Assembly (NCBI GenBank): GCA_965603825.1
Contig: CBFDEM010000060.1
Span: 1-64,000, forward strand
Source of the DNA: Blepharisma stoltei ATCC 30299
Taxonomy: Eukaryota; Protista; Ciliophora
Direction of reading: 5' to 3'
DNA length: 64,000 nucleotides
The notes beneath the pieces are model-generated. The model had not been told where the DNA came from, searched no databases, and saw nothing but the letters and a program-made list of their open reading frames with translations. The translations under genes and the position numbers were made by a program. This document shows positions 12,197-24,796 of the stretch, piece by piece (within the stretch, counting starts at the first letter, position 1; the number at the start of each line of letters is the position of its first letter).

Positions 12197-12607
12197 ATGA
12201 ATGAAGAACAAAAAAGAGAAGAGTTAGGCTCCGGCGATAAAAGTAGCAGCATAGAAGACGCAGATTCTGAAGTTGGAGAAGAGCCTAAAGTGAACGCAAT
12301 TTATGGGAAATCTATGAATCTATTTGGCAGAGAAAGCTTTAAAGTTGAAATTTTTGACGAAGATATCCCTGATATTCTCCCAACAATTTGGCGAAAAAAG
12401 AGCCAAATTGCCACCTGCACGCATTGCAAGCTGACAATTGAGACGAAAACTAAAAAGGAAGCGGGATTCGGCTGCTTGCTATTTTTCTCAAGCTTTTTGG
12501 CGATCGGAGGATGTTGCTGAATTCCTTGTATTTTTCCGATGTTCAGAGATACGGTCCACTATTGTCCAAAATGCAAAAATCGATTGGGATGCCGTAGTTT
12601 CTTATAA
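12197..12607 (+). CDS. LITAF-domain (zinc ribbon) protein
   Basis: CTHC, a hydrophobic segment, then CCWIPC (W = UGA 12518) and DTVHYCPKCKNRLG. TAA 12605. Confidence 0.9.
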
Positions 12608-13207
12608 TAGAGCTTCAATTATATATTATTTATCAAACATCTAATGTATAAACTAACCCTTTAATTCTTCTGCAATAATTTTCTTATTGCTAAAGATTTT
12701 ATTCAAAAAAAGGCTTATAAAGGCTGCTTTCTATTAATTAATTTTAGAATTTTGTTATTTTGCTTGATAAAATATAGATAGAAATATGTTTAACTAATTT
12801 CAAATTTATTTATTTTCTAAATTGCACCACATTTCTAAGTAATTCAAGAGAAAGGAGCTAATACGACAATGATTAGACCTAAATATTGAGGATAGATAAA
12901 GTTAAACAAATGAGCCTTTTAAACTTATTGCTATTAATTTGACTATTTTGCTTGAATTGGAGTTTAAAATTCCCAATCGCTAATTTGGCAGTAGTCTCTT
13001 TTATATCAAAATTCTCTTTTTCAATAACCCTTATTGATGATCAATTACTTGAAAGATAAATAATCCCAACTTTAAATTTCCCATTTTTATGTTACACTTT
13101 CCTATAATTCTGCACATATTTCATTCACTATCAATTTAATTTTTTTCTCTAATTCTTCTCTCTAATATCCCCTTCTTTTGTCCTCAGAATTTCTTGTTAT
13201 ACTAAAA

Positions 13208-15082
13208 ATGGAAGACTTTGAGAATCGACCCAAGGCTGAAAAATACTTTCCTCAAGCAGATGCCACCCTTGAAGGTGCCCAATCCAAGATGCAATTTCTC
13301 CAAGAAAACACAGAAATTGCTATAGGAATCCCTCTTCGACACCAAATTTATTCCCTTTTGCAATTATCTGACCAAGGTGGTCTCACAGTCCAAGAGGTCT
13401 CAAAGAAGCTTTGTTTAAATACAAAAACTTGTGCAAAGGTCCTAGACGAAATGGTCAGCAAATACCCTGATATCAAAGCAACTGCCCATCGTTATGGAAG
13501 AGTCTTCGTCCACAAATATCACATCAGTCAAAAACAAGAAGAAAAACATGAAAAATTACTAGAAGATGAAGAGTATTTGACCCAGGTGAACCAAGATACC
13601 CTCGATTTAATAAAAAAGACTGAATGTGACTATGGGAAAACGATCCTTAAAGCTATTGAAGTCAATGTCAAAGCTGATAGGCGGCCTACAAACCGCCAAA
13701 GGGTAACTCATCAAACCTATATAAGATCGTTATTTATAGTGTCAAGAATCCAGACATTGAAAGTCAGCTCTATTTATGAGATGAAAGAAATGATAAAAAG
13801 TGACTTAGAACCTAACGCAAAATGGAGCCTTGATAAGAAAACGGTCCTTAGGATTGTGTGGAAACTACAAGGGGTAGGGCTGATAAGGCAAATGTGCTTT
13901 AGAATTACCTTGAAAAAAAATGATGAACATGATTTGCAGTATTTGGGGGATGAGTATGGGTGTATTGAAAAAGATAAAAAAGTGATAAAACTTAATGGAA
14001 CAACCGACGCGCGAGGAAATACAGTTCTTTATAAAGTTATTATAGCCCTGCCGAATATGTGTGAAAGTGACCCATTAGTGTTGGCCTATCCCCTATTGCA
14101 AAATCCTACTAATAGAAAGCCTATAGCAACTCCTGGCTATAAATTACCATCATCAGTTCCTATATTTTCAAAATCTATTTATTTGAAGAAGTTTTATCAA
14201 GAAGACCATAAATATTTTAAAAAAATTAAAGAAATTAGCGCAGAGAATTTTATAGAGATCGTCAAAACTTTATATAAATGCAAGGGAGAACTAGAAAAAA
14301 AAGATGAAAAAATAGAAGATGATGGGAGCATGCAAATTGAGGATGAAGAAGTGCCTGAAGTTGCCAGAAAAGCAATTAATTGCTCCGTATTTATTAAATG
14401 GGCTGAAGAATTTCATAGAAAATGGATACTAAAATGTTATGAAATATTCATCGGAAAATTCAGAGTATCATCAACTTATCTCGCCCTTAAATCAATTCAA
14501 AATTCTCAGAAAAAAGATACGCAAATAAACAATAAATTGAGCCTGGCATATGGAAATATCAGCTTTAAGCCAGCCAATATACACTCTTTTACAAGTATCC
14601 CAGAAAAATTATTCAATAATCCAATTGACGAAAAAATGGATATAGATGAAAAATTGCTTTGCTCTTCAACTTCTTCAGATGCAAATGAAAATAATGGTGA
14701 TGGAGAAATTTTTGAAGAGCAGCTCAAAGAGATTAGGAAAAATATTGACGAATTGAATTTCCTTAAACATAGAAAATTACCTAAAAAGAGAAAAGGAGGT
14801 GTAGTTGATGCAGCTGCGACGATTAAGAAAGTGTTTTTGACATTGGAGAATAAGCCTATGATGATAACTATAGAGCAAATTGATAGTTTGACCAAGAAGT
14901 TAGACGTCGAGCCTACCCATTTCCTTAGCTATCTTCAAATGCTTGGGATTATTAGTGAGTGCTTAGGAAAATTCAAAGTTAACCCGCCGTGAATGTGAAT
15001 GTGATGAGGTCTTCATAAATTTATCATAAATTCACTTTTAAAAAACTTAACCTTTAACTCTATGGTTCAGCTCCCAATATAA
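13208..15082 (+). CDS. Winged-helix protein resembling the central part of the TFIIIC B-block-binding subunit (GTF3C1/Tfc3)
   Basis: PLRHQIYSLL...GGLTVQEVSKKL and R..FIVSRI...SLDKKTVLRIVWKLQGVGLI resemble the tau138 winged helices. The 3' end is uncertain: four UGAs at 14990-15007, first TAA at 15080. Confidence 0.6.
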
Positions 15083-15187
15083 TCAAAATCATGGATAATT
15101 CCATCATATTTTGAGAGTTTATAACAATCAATTGCCAAACTCTTATATGATACTACATTTTATTTAAACCATAAAATAATCTATTAT

Positions 15188-15817
15188 TTACTCTGTTTTT
15201 TGCTTATTTCCTATCCTCTTACTCAAAACCCTATACATAAATCCTATAACAATTGTTGCTGCAAACCCTATCCCAAACGCACAAACGTCACATTCTCCTA
15301 ACAGCTTAACAATTTTTTCCCAATTAGTCCTGCTCAAGGTAGGTAATTTATGACTTGTGTAGTTCTGATAAGTCTTATCCTTTACAAGTGAAATAACTGG
15401 GTCTAATTTAAACGGTTTTGTAATATTATAATAATACCCTTCATGTATATAAACAGCTGCAGGGTAGTCGTACAGCCCAAACTTATGGAAACTCCTCTTA
15501 TTTTTCCTTAAATCGACCTTACACACCGGGACCTTCATATTTTCTTTTTCAAAGAGATTCCGGGCTGCAAAATTCCAGGTCGCAATAAGAAGTCCTGAGC
15601 TGTTTAGTTCGGCGTCGTAAAAGAGAATAAGTCAGTCGTTGCTGGTATTGTAAACTAAGTATTCAATTTCGTTGTCCGTGAGCTCTATTACGGCGGCCCC
15701 TGACTCCTTGCTGAGCTTACCTTGGATTTTTTCGAGTTTTGCCTCGAGGGATTCTTTGGCTGACTTGGAAAAAACGCAGGACAGAATTAAGAGGGAAAAG
15801 AAGATTTTTGTAGTCAT
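15188..15817 (-). CDS. TMX-like thioredoxin-fold membrane protein lacking CxxC
   Basis: Signal peptide, VIELTD...NDWLILFY (W = UGA 15632), VCKVD...RSFHKFGLYDYPAAVY, a C-terminal TM segment and a Lys-rich tail. Confidence 0.8.
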
Positions 15818-15943
15818 GGGAATAATTATTATAAAATCCAGAATTTTCTAATTATTAATCTATATTATTCGGACAATAAACACCACCCTTAAACTACTAT
15901 AAAAAATCAAACTCATAAGAAATCCACATTTTTATATTATTAA

Positions 15944-17266
15944 ATGGGAAATTTGCCATCAGGCGGAGGTGACCAACAAGGTAATGAAAACCGCAAAGAA
16001 GAGTACAAAAAGCGGCGCCAAGAACAGCGTATCCCAGCTCGCGTTGGGAAAAAGAAAAAGGTCCGGGGTACTGAAGGCGCCTCCAAGCTTCCTACAGTCA
16101 CCCCCTCCCTAAAATGCCGTCTCAAGCAGCTCAGACTTGAAAGAATCAAAGACTATCTGATCCTCGAGCAAGAATTTATCAAAAACCAAGAAATCCTCCG
16201 CCCGCAAGCTGAAAAAAAGGAAGAAGAGCGTGCTAAGGTTGACGAATTGCGAGGATCTCCTTTATCAGTCGGCTCTCTTGAAGAATTCATAGACGAAAAT
16301 CACGCTATTGTATCTACCTCAGTTGGGCCTGAATATTATGTATCTGTATTGTCCATTGTTGATAAGGACCAATTGGAGCCTGGCTCAAGCGTCCTTCTAC
16401 ATCATAAGTCTCATAGTGTGGTAGGCATTTTACAAGATGAGGTAGACCCACTTGTGAGCGTGATGAAGGTAGAAAAGGCACCTTTGGAAAGCTATGCAGA
16501 CATAGGAGGTCTTGAAGCACAAATACAGGAAATTAAGGAAGCTGTAGAGCTGCCTTTGACCCATCCTGAGCTGTATGAAGATATAGGGATCAAGCCACCT
16601 AAAGGAGTCATTTTATATGGAGAGCCAGGGACTGGGAAGACTTTGCTTGCCAAAGCAGTGGCTAATGAGACTTCTGCGACCTTTTTAAGGGTCACTGGGT
16701 CTGAACTTATACAAAAGTACCTAGGAGAAGGGCCAAAGCTTGTAAGAGAACTATTCAGAGTCGCAGAAGAGCACGCCCCTTCTATAGTATTTATTGATGA
16801 AATTGACGCAGTTGGGACTAAAAGATATGACAGTAATTCTGGCGGAGAAAGAGAAATCCAGAGGACCATGCTTGAGCTGCTTAACCAATTAGACGGATTT
16901 GACTCTAAAACAGACGTAAAAGTCATTTTGGCGACAAATAGGATTGAGACACTAGACCCAGCTTTAATTAGGCCTGGAAGAATTGACAGAAAAATTGAAT
17001 TTACCATGCCTGACATTAAAACTAAAAGAAAAATATTCCAAGTCCATACCACGAAGATGTCACTTGCCACTGATGTAGACTTGGAAGCGTTTATTATGGC
17101 TAAAGATGAGCTGAGTGGGGCTGACATTAAGGCAATTTGCACAGAAGCAGGGATGCTGGCTCTTAGAGAGCGCAGAATGCAGGTATGCCAAGAAGATTTC
17201 CTGAAGAGTAAAGAAAAAGTGCTGTATAAGAAAAAAGGGAATATTCCAGAAGGGCTTTACATTTAA
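15944..17266 (+). CDS. PSMC1: 26S proteasome AAA-ATPase subunit Rpt2
   Basis: 440-aa ORF with [33 protein letters not shown] and the C-terminal PEGLYI typical of Rpt2. Confidence 0.98.
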   Translation: MGNLPSGGGDQQGNENRKEEYKKRRQEQRIPARVGKKKKVRGTEGASKLPTVTPSLKCRLKQLRLERIKDYLILEQEFIKNQEILRPQAEKKEEERAKVDELRGSPLSVGSLEEFIDENHAIVSTSVGPEYYVSVLSIVDKDQLEPGSSVLLHHKSHSVVGILQDEVDPLVSVMKVEKAPLESYADIGGLEAQIQEIKEAVELPLTHPELYEDIGIKPPKGVILYGEPGTGKTLLAKAVANETSATFLRVTGSELIQKYLGEGPKLVRELFRVAEEHAPSIVFIDEIDAVGTKRYDSNSGGEREIQRTMLELLNQLDGFDSKTDVKVILATNRIETLDPALIRPGRIDRKIEFTMPDIKTKRKIFQVHTTKMSLATDVDLEAFIMAKDELSGADIKAICTEAGMLALRERRMQVCQEDFLKSKEKVLYKKKGNIPEGLYI

Positions 17267-17489
17267 CTAATAGGTAGGTCTTCTTAATTTTGCGTTTAAA
17301 TTTTCCTTAAACAATGCCCAAAATGAAGGCCAGTAAAAGCTTTATCGTTTTTGACCTCAAAAACGCTTTTAATCATTCAAAATTTATTATTAAAAATATG
17401 AAAATGCTATATTTACCCAAAAAAGAATTCAAAGGCTTTCCGAAAAAAGGAAAAAGAAGGGAGGAAGGCATTTTAGTACGAAAAAATGA

Positions 17490-18158
17490 TTATTTATAAT
17501 TAGGTTTATGTTTATTCTGTTTATTTGGCGAATTTCCTTTCTTACTCTGTGTATAGTTGGGTGAATTGCCTTCTTGTGGGCCTTTACGCTTATGCGCAAG
17601 TTCGTTTCCGCAGATACGACAGACTCTAACTAGAGTTGAATAGCCGAGGTGTGGCAACGTAGTCATGACTGGAGAGCATTCAGAGCAGACTGACCTTCCG
17701 CACGCCCGACAATGGTGTCTGCGTGTGATGACACCAAATTTGGTGTGGCAGCACATACAAAAGTCTTTCAAAGACCACTCAGCTCGCAAAGACTGCTTAA
17801 CAAAAGACGTCCACTTTTCGAACTCTTCAGGCGAGCTGGCCCTAAGTTTTCATTGCTGGGATGAGTTATCTCTTGTTGCAAATTTTACAGTGAAAATCAG
17901 CGAACTGCCTTGCTCATTTAAGACTTCGAAGTTGTTGTCGAGTAGAATTGTTTCTACTGTGCTTTCTGAAGTGCTGCATTCTAAGGTCGAGCCTTGCAGC
18001 TTGAATTTGCAGTGGACTCAATCTTTCTGGTCAAAGCTGTAGGAACGCTCTGAGTTGTCAAGGATTGTGGGGAATTGGACGTCTAAGCTTCCCTCAAACA
18101 CCAATTCGCTTTGAAGCATCACGCTGGATCGATCAATTTTGGACGAAAGGATTCCCAT
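17490..18158 (-). CDS. PH + FYVE domain protein (~222 aa)
   Basis: ATG 18158 is in frame through two UGA=Trp. PH C-terminal helix LRASSPEEFEKW; FYVE W...C..C...F...RRHHCRACGRSVCSEC...RVCRIC. Confidence 0.88.
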
Positions 18159-18700
18159 TTTATTGTATTAGCTTGACCACGAATATCATCAGGAGATGAA
18201 ATCCTCATTGGCAGGCTTTTAGTTATTTATAAGGATCCTGATGGATTTAATTTCATATTGGATTTGAATTGACCATTAGAGACCAGAAATAATAGAGATT
18301 AGGAATATAAGCAATATATAGCAATTTATATGAAAACCTGTCTAAGATCAAGGATAGAGCGATTAATGTAGAGTAAAGCCATGCTATTGTCGACTTAGAC
18401 TTTTTTATATATTTTTTGGATTTTAATTTCCTTAGAGAATAATAGAGCGATCTTTAATTCTCCAAATCTAATTTAAATGCTTGACATAATTGCGGTCTAA
18501 GAAATAAATCGTCATGGCTATTTATAACAAAAACCGCGAAATTTATAATATTAATTACTTATTCCCTTAAAATATAGCTAATTATGCATTAAACTCATCT
18601 TGTTTTATTGATAGATTAAATATAAATGATAAAAATCGTTTAATATTACTTTTATCATAAAAGAAATTACGCATTAAACAGTTTTACATATTGTGATACT

Positions 18701-19882
18701 CTAATTCATTTCAAGCTTAGAATCTTTAATAAAAACCAGCCTAGCTATCTCTTGAGCATGATCCAATATTGGCTCCCCAATATTCAATTTCAATGCTTCA
18801 ATGATTCTTGCTGCTTCGACTTTAAGCTCATATTTCTCTGTTGAGTTGAACGCAATAATCAAATATTCTTGCTTTGCAATATAATCTAACTCATATATTT
18901 TAATAAAATACGCATTGCAAGTTTTTAGCTTCCCTCTGCCTTTATAAATTAGTCTTTTCCTTTCCCTTCTATCGTTTTTGCATATGTTAAGAAATACTGT
19001 GTCTTTTGCTATATCAATCACATTTAATACCTCACTTTGTGGAATCGCCAAAAGGTCCTCTACAGAATTTAAGCTCAATATTGAGCATAATTCAGCCGTC
19101 GAATAAATCGTCCACTTTGGCTTAGGAATTCCACTTTTTAATGGGTAAGCTTCCAATATAACATTTAGCTTTTCTAAATTCCCAGCATCAGCCCCTACCA
19201 TGGTCCTCAGTTTTTTAGAATCAAAGCCATGCCTGCTGATACAGACAAAGTACTCCTCCCCATTGATATTTTTTTTCCCATGCAAAATATACCTTTGAGT
19301 CTCTTTTTTGTGTTCTTTTATCATCGTATATTTTTTAGTTTCTTTTTTTGACCTAAAAAATGCCTGGATTTTGTAGGCAGCCTTGACCGCTTCATCTTCA
19401 GAAGTTTTTGCAGCGGAAGAAAACGCTGTAAATACCATGGCTGTAGAGTGTGGGGTGAGCTGATCTACTTGTGGCTCAGGAGGTGGGAGCAGAAGAGAGT
19501 TAGAAACTGAAGGATTGGCTGAGTGATTAGCTGATCTAGCAAGTTTTGGCATCTTGAAATGTTTAGGCAAACTCACGTCCATCAGTGCTTTTGAGTTTTC
19601 CAACGACCCGTTATTTGACGAATAGGTGGATTCTGGATTAATGAATTGTAAGTTTCGTTCAGATTTAATAGACTTCAAAATGAATAGTTTTCTAGAGGTT
19701 TCTTCTTGAATAGGGAGAGTTGTGTTTTTAAACGGAGCTGGCAATTTTTGAGGCTTCATGCGAATATTTTGGGGGAGTAAAGCACCAAGCTTTTCTCTGA
19801 ACCTTCTTTTATTGGGGTCTGGAGTTGCACTGGTTGATTTAACTGAAGAAGAAAGCAGATTAGCCTTATCTTGAGTTAGCAT
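18701..19882 (-). CDS. Uncharacterised protein with one IQ-like motif
   Basis: Long open frame, first ATG at 19882. AAYKIQAFFRSKK resembles an IQ motif. Confidence 0.75.
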   Translation of the reverse strand: MLTQDKANLLSSSVKSTSATPDPNKRRFREKLGALLPQNIRMKPQKLPAPFKNTTLPIQEETSRKLFILKSIKSERNLQFINPESTYSSNNGSLENSKALMDVSLPKHFKMPKLARSANHSANPSVSNSLLLPPPEPQVDQLTPHSTAMVFTAFSSAAKTSEDEAVKAAYKIQAFFRSKKETKKYTMIKEHKKETQRYILHGKKNINGEEYFVCISRHGFDSKKLRTMVGADAGNLEKLNVILEAYPLKSGIPKPKWTIYSTAELCSILSLNSVEDLLAIPQSEVLNVIDIAKDTVFLNICKNDRRERKRLIYKGRGKLKTCNAYFIKIYELDYIAKQEYLIIAFNSTEKYELKVEAARIIEALKLNIGEPILDHAQEIARLVFIKDSKLEMN

Positions 19883-20520
19883 ATTATTGATATAATCATA
19901 CAAGATATTAAAAAAAATTATTTACAAAGATAGACCAAAGCTTCAAGAAGCACGAATTTAATGAGAGGAGCTTAAACAGAATAGCTCAGGGTCTGGGAGT
20001 GCGAGAAAGTCAGTTGGTATTATAATTAGCCTTAAGAGGGCTGAGAAGATCAAGTCATATACTTCATGCACTCATAAGAGATGGCATATGATTTTGCCTT
20101 ATAAGATTATCAAGATGGAATACCATATTGCCATCCACTTCTTTCTAACAGAGTTTCTGGTAGTCTCTGAGTTTCTATCTCCATTTAACTATTATTCCTT
20201 AATTAAAGCAACTTTTTCAACGACTTGTTATTATTCAACCATATTTTAGAGTTAATCAAATATAAAAAATAAGCTAAATATATCATTAAAGCCAGGATAC
20301 CTATTGATTTTTTTGCAATTAGTAAAAATTTTTTGTTTTTAACGCTTGAATTTTTATAAGAAAAGCTAAAATCATTATTAATTGATACGATCAAGATAAT
20401 TTTTCCAAAAAAATATTTTTCAATAATTTACTGCAAAATACTTCAATTTTTGTTTAAATCCTTGAGTAAATCCTCAGATTTATTTATAGAATACATAAAA
20501 TTTCTTAATAAAAAATAGAA

Positions 20521-21402
20521 ATGGATTCTGAAAATCATGATCACGTGAAAAGACAACTCGGAGATCTCTATAGTTTTAATTTTTCAAATATTATATTGAT
20601 TAGAGAAAACTGAGAAATAATTTTTTGCTATATCAAATTAGCGATTATTCATAGGCTTCACAATTGTAATATATTTAGTCCCAATGTCTGAGAATTTTTA
20701 AGAACAAATGAAATTGAATGTTCCTCTGGAGAGAACATAGATTACCAATATTCTGAACAAAACTATCAAATCATCAAAAAGCGTTATTCTAGTCCATGTG
20801 AAGAGTTAATGAGTTTGTGCAACAGAGATCGAGATAGAAATCAAATTAATAAAGAAGACTACAAAGAGATATTAAAAGAAATTGCAAACTGATGCTTAAA
20901 AAATATATACGAAAATTCACAACCTTTAGCAATCTTCCGGGCATTTTATAAATATCTTGGCATTGGCTTTGGATTGATTAGCATTGCAGACTCTATTACT
21001 CAGATGGACTTTTTTGAATTCCATGAGGCAATTTGTGTTTTTGCTATTTTTAATCAGTCAATCTATAATTTGATACCTAGCACAAGTAGCACCAATGAAT
21101 TTTTAAAATCCTTATTTAAAGAAAAACTCGTTTCACACATTGATGAAAAAATAATCGACAAAAAGTCTCAAATACTATTACATTGTGGCTGCAGATTTGA
21201 TATTTTTGATATAAAGGATTTAACCCGAAATTGCAAATGCAATGAAAAACTTTATGAATTTGAAATTGATCTGATTAAAAAATTAAAGAAGGAATATGAT
21301 TTATGCAACCAAAAAAATAAAGCAAAAAAGAAAAATAGATCATGTTATGAATATAATGTTTATGGAAATGAATTCTTGCTACTATGAATATGAAGGCCCT
21401 AA
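20521..21402 (+). CDS. Hypothetical protein (~293 aa) with a degenerate Cys/His cluster near the C-terminus
   Basis: ATG 20521 stays open through five UGAs to TAA 21400. Contains LHCGCRF...NCKC. Confidence 0.65.
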
Positions 21403-21477
21403 TAAATCTCTAAAATTAGATAATTTATAAGTAGATATTATAGAAAATAATAGCATTTATGACGTTTTTAAATTACA

Positions 21478-23109
21478 TTAAACACTTACCTGCCTATGAT
21501 GATTTCGTGGCGAATTTTGGCCAACATTAGCAGCCGGTGGAACTTCTAAGCCTTCTGGCTGCTCATCTTCTTCATGAATTGAGTGGTTATTGCTATTTCC
21601 AGAGCTATAGCTATTCGAATCTCCACCATGTGACGAATCTCTCTCAATATCTTCTTCTTCGCTCTCATCAATCCCTCTAACGGAGTCTCCATTTTCTAGC
21701 TCTTTAATTTCCGGGAGCTGCCTATTATGGGTAAAATCAAACATTTCACTCCCTGAAACAATCGACCCAATTTCTGGACTTTCACTACCAGTTTCCTCTG
21801 ATTTATTTTCTTTTTTTTCATTTTCATTCTCAAATTCTCCAGCAGGCGAGCTTTCCCCATCTCTAAAAAATCTCTTAAAAAGTTCTCCTTTATTGACCTT
21901 CGTCTTAATCATCTCATGAGCCAGCTTACTTGACCATATATTTTTCGCCACAAAATTAAATTCTTCATGCACAAGGACAGTTTGCTTTCTTTCCAAATCA
22001 TATATGCTTGATCCATTACAAACCTGTCTTAAGCATCTTACAATAGTAGCATGGCACAGCCCTAAAGATCTATCAAGATTACTAGTATCAACCTTTGGGA
22101 TTAAGCACTCGTCAGCTTTTAATATAAATCGCTTTTGGATTTCTCTGATATTCGGGTAGCTCGCTACATATTTATTTAATTTTGGGTCAAGGGTCATGCA
22201 TTTGCTGCGAACTGCAAATCTTTCTTTATGTTTTTTAGTGTTTTTTATCATTATAATGAAAGGGATGCAGGAGTCGTATTTTTTCATTAGTTTTTTAATT
22301 GCACCTACATGGAGATGGACACCTTCAATCACAATGCTTTCTCCTCGACGGTGGTAGTCTTCTATTACGCTATCAAGGTAGCTTATAACTTTATCTGACT
22401 GCTCTAAATATCCTTGAATGCAGGCTTGCTTAGGTGTAAGCCCTTCAGCCTTAACTAAACTCCCTGCCTCATATGTGGAGCAAAACAAAATCGGATCCTG
22501 GTCCCTATGCAGCACATTTCTCAGTATATGTCTAATTGAATCTGTCGAAAGCATGCTAGAAATTCCTAATCGGCTTGCCAATAAAGACGATAAAGTGCTT
22601 TTTCCAGTCCCCGATGCCCCGCCTAGCAGCACGATCACAGGTCTCCTCTTAGAAACGACCTCACAGGCAATTCTAAAATCAATAATATGCTGCTCTCCCA
22701 AATACTCTTGAGAATATAAGGCTTCTTTTGCAAACCTTTCAAATGCTGAATTCGATAAAGTCAAAGCCGGAATTATCTGATAAATTTCTCCTTCCCTAAT
22801 ACGTGTTTTTGATTTTATATGTGACGAAATTAAGCTAAAAATTTGGGTTGTAATAGTATGCGCATCGTGGATTTTTACACCCATAAATTTGCAGGCGTCT
22901 CGAAGCTGCTGGCGATTGTACTTAAATGTTTGTTTTAGAGATGGAGGGTAGCTTAAATAGCATTCTGAATGGCTTTCGCAAAGCGAAAGCTGTAGGTCAT
23001 TTGCAAGCTGGGAAAAGATGGAATCTTCAAGGACGTATACAGATTCGATGAAAAAATTGTTTTGCTGGCATCTTTCGTCCCCACATACTGAGCAGGAAAT
23101 CCGATTCAT
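21478..23109 (-). CDS. P-loop NTPase, LPA1 / 2-phosphoglycerate-kinase-like
   Basis: VIVLLGGASGTGKSTLSSLLASRLG, STDSIRH, ESIVIEGVHL, KHKERFAVR, and an acidic Ser-rich tail. Probable start is MNRISC at 23109. Confidence 0.88.
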   Translation of the reverse strand: MNRISCSVCGDERCQQNNFFIESVYVLEDSIFSQLANDLQLSLCESHSECYLSYPPSLKQTFKYNRQQLRDACKFMGVKIHDAHTITTQIFSLISSHIKSKTRIREGEIYQIIPALTLSNSAFERFAKEALYSQEYLGEQHIIDFRIACEVVSKRRPVIVLLGGASGTGKSTLSSLLASRLGISSMLSTDSIRHILRNVLHRDQDPILFCSTYEAGSLVKAEGLTPKQACIQGYLEQSDKVISYLDSVIEDYHRRGESIVIEGVHLHVGAIKKLMKKYDSCIPFIIMIKNTKKHKERFAVRSKCMTLDPKLNKYVASYPNIREIQKRFILKADECLIPKVDTSNLDRSLGLCHATIVRCLRQVCNGSSIYDLERKQTVLVHEEFNFVAKNIWSSKLAHEMIKTKVNKGELFKRFFRDGESSPAGEFENENEKKENKSEETGSESPEIGSIVSGSEMFDFTHNRQLPEIKELENGDSVRGIDESEEEDIERDSSHGGDSNSYSSGNSNNHSIHEEDEQPEGLEVPPAANVGQNSPRNHHRQVSV

Positions 23110-23386
23110 TTTTTGATTGAATTGGTTATTAAAAATGTGGAAATGAGATTTCAAGATAATGCAAATTGGGAGATAGGCTGAAAGAAATGAAATAGGAATT
23201 CTGTATTGAAGAGGATAGGTTAAATACATACTAAAATAATTAATTGGCTATCTAGATAGCGATTATCAGATAATTTTATTTTTTAATGTCATTTTTCATA
23301 AAAAAGTTAACTTTCTGTTATGCATATGAAAGAAAATTTGTTAAAAAATTTTAAGCCAATTTACAAATTATTTTTTATATGGAAAA

Positions 23387-24337
23387 TTAGTCTTCTAGGT
23401 CCTTAGTCATAAAATCAACGATTTCAGTCGGCAGTGGCACCTTTCCATTATACCACGGGTCTTCTTTTATATCGCTAATTTTAATTCTCTGGCCTGGATC
23501 AGCTTTCAACATTTTCTCTATTAAATCCATAAACTCATCTGTAAACTCCACCTCAGGGTGTCTTCTTTGAAAATACTTCCAAAACATTATAGATGTGTCT
23601 TCGCTAGCCAGGCACCTAAAAAAGTGATCATTTAAATCAGCAAAATTAAAAGGTGGAACTCCTACAAACATAATAAACAAAATAATTCCAGCAACAAAAA
23701 TATCAGAGGTTTCCCCACTGTAAGCTAAATGCTGCCTTATTTCAGGAGGCATATAGCATTCTGTTCCTTTGTATTCGTGTAGGTTGCTGATATTATTATA
23801 ATCTGATGACCCAAAATCGGCGAGCCGCAGATTAAATTGGTCATCAAAAAGAATATTTTCAGGCTTTAAGTCGCCATGGTAAACGCCTGCTTTGTGACAA
23901 GCTTCGATTACGTCTATTATTTGTTGGAAAAAGAATCTTGTAACAGTTTCTGAAAAATTGCCTTTAGCTTTTATAAGATCATAAAGTTCGCCATTGCTGC
24001 AATACTCCATCAGAATATACATGCATCTATAGCTCGTATGACCGTTTTTTGTGTAGTAGTTTCCGTTTTCATGGTGCGAAAAAATTTTTATGACAGATTT
24101 ATGTCTGATTCTTCCAACGCATTCAATTTCTGTCAGTAAAAGGTTTCTTTGCTCTAAAAAATTATTATGTGAAATTTTAAAAATTTTGGCTGCATAAAGT
24201 TGTTCAGTAGTAGGGTCTTGCACAAGCTTTACTTTTGAAGTAGCTCCATGACCCACAGTTTTAATTACTTGATAGTGGTCAAGTAGACTCCCTTCAAATT
24301 CTTTTTTATTTCTAAACGAACAGTAAGATAGGTGCAT
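23387..24337 (-). CDS. Ser/Thr protein kinase, CAMK-like (non-RD, HGDLKPEN)
   Basis: GHGATSKV, AAK, HGDLKPEN, DFG, GTECYMPPE. Confidence 0.95.
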   Translation of the reverse strand: MHLSYCSFRNKKEFEGSLLDHYQVIKTVGHGATSKVKLVQDPTTEQLYAAKIFKISHNNFLEQRNLLLTEIECVGRIRHKSVIKIFSHHENGNYYTKNGHTSYRCMYILMEYCSNGELYDLIKAKGNFSETVTRFFFQQIIDVIEACHKAGVYHGDLKPENILFDDQFNLRLADFGSSDYNNISNLHEYKGTECYMPPEIRQHLAYSGETSDIFVAGIILFIMFVGVPPFNFADLNDHFFRCLASEDTSIMFWKYFQRRHPEVEFTDEFMDLIEKMLKADPGQRIKISDIKEDPWYNGKVPLPTEIVDFMTKDLED

Positions 24338-24796
24338 TTTTAAAGTTTCTTAAGCTTTTATTATAAATCGTGAGGTAATATGGTAGTTCAGCGTAAAACG
24401 TTTTAATTTCTATGAATATGAAAGATATAATTATTGAATAAATTCTTTAGAAATTCAGCCTTATTAAGGTTTTTCAGAGTGGGCCTTTCTTATATGCATG
24501 TCGTTAAATATTATATACAATTAGACTAATCTCGAAAAAAAATAAGGCGCAATAAAATCTGCATTTAAAATAAATTTCAGCTTCCAAAACCTAAAATATA
24601 AGCTCAAACCAACGACTGGGTTTATTTTGCAAATTATCACAAATAATGACACCAATTCACTCATTTTCCTATGATTCTATGAAAAATCAAAATAAATAAA
24701 TTAAATAAAATTCGATCAGAAATATGGAAATTTATTTTAAAAATTCCCCTTTATACTATAATTCATAAATCATATTAATAAAAGCATATTTATATC

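Noticed and set aside
8027-15082. 5S rRNA gene near a TFIIIC-like gene
   Set aside because: Three unrelated genes separate them, so the proximity is probably chance.
20028-20060. Resemblance to the U2 snRNA 5' end (GCCTT..GGCT..AAGATCAAGT)
   Set aside because: It lacks the GTAGTA branch-point recognition sequence and the rest of U2. There is also no telomerase template or RNase P/MRP P4 pairing.
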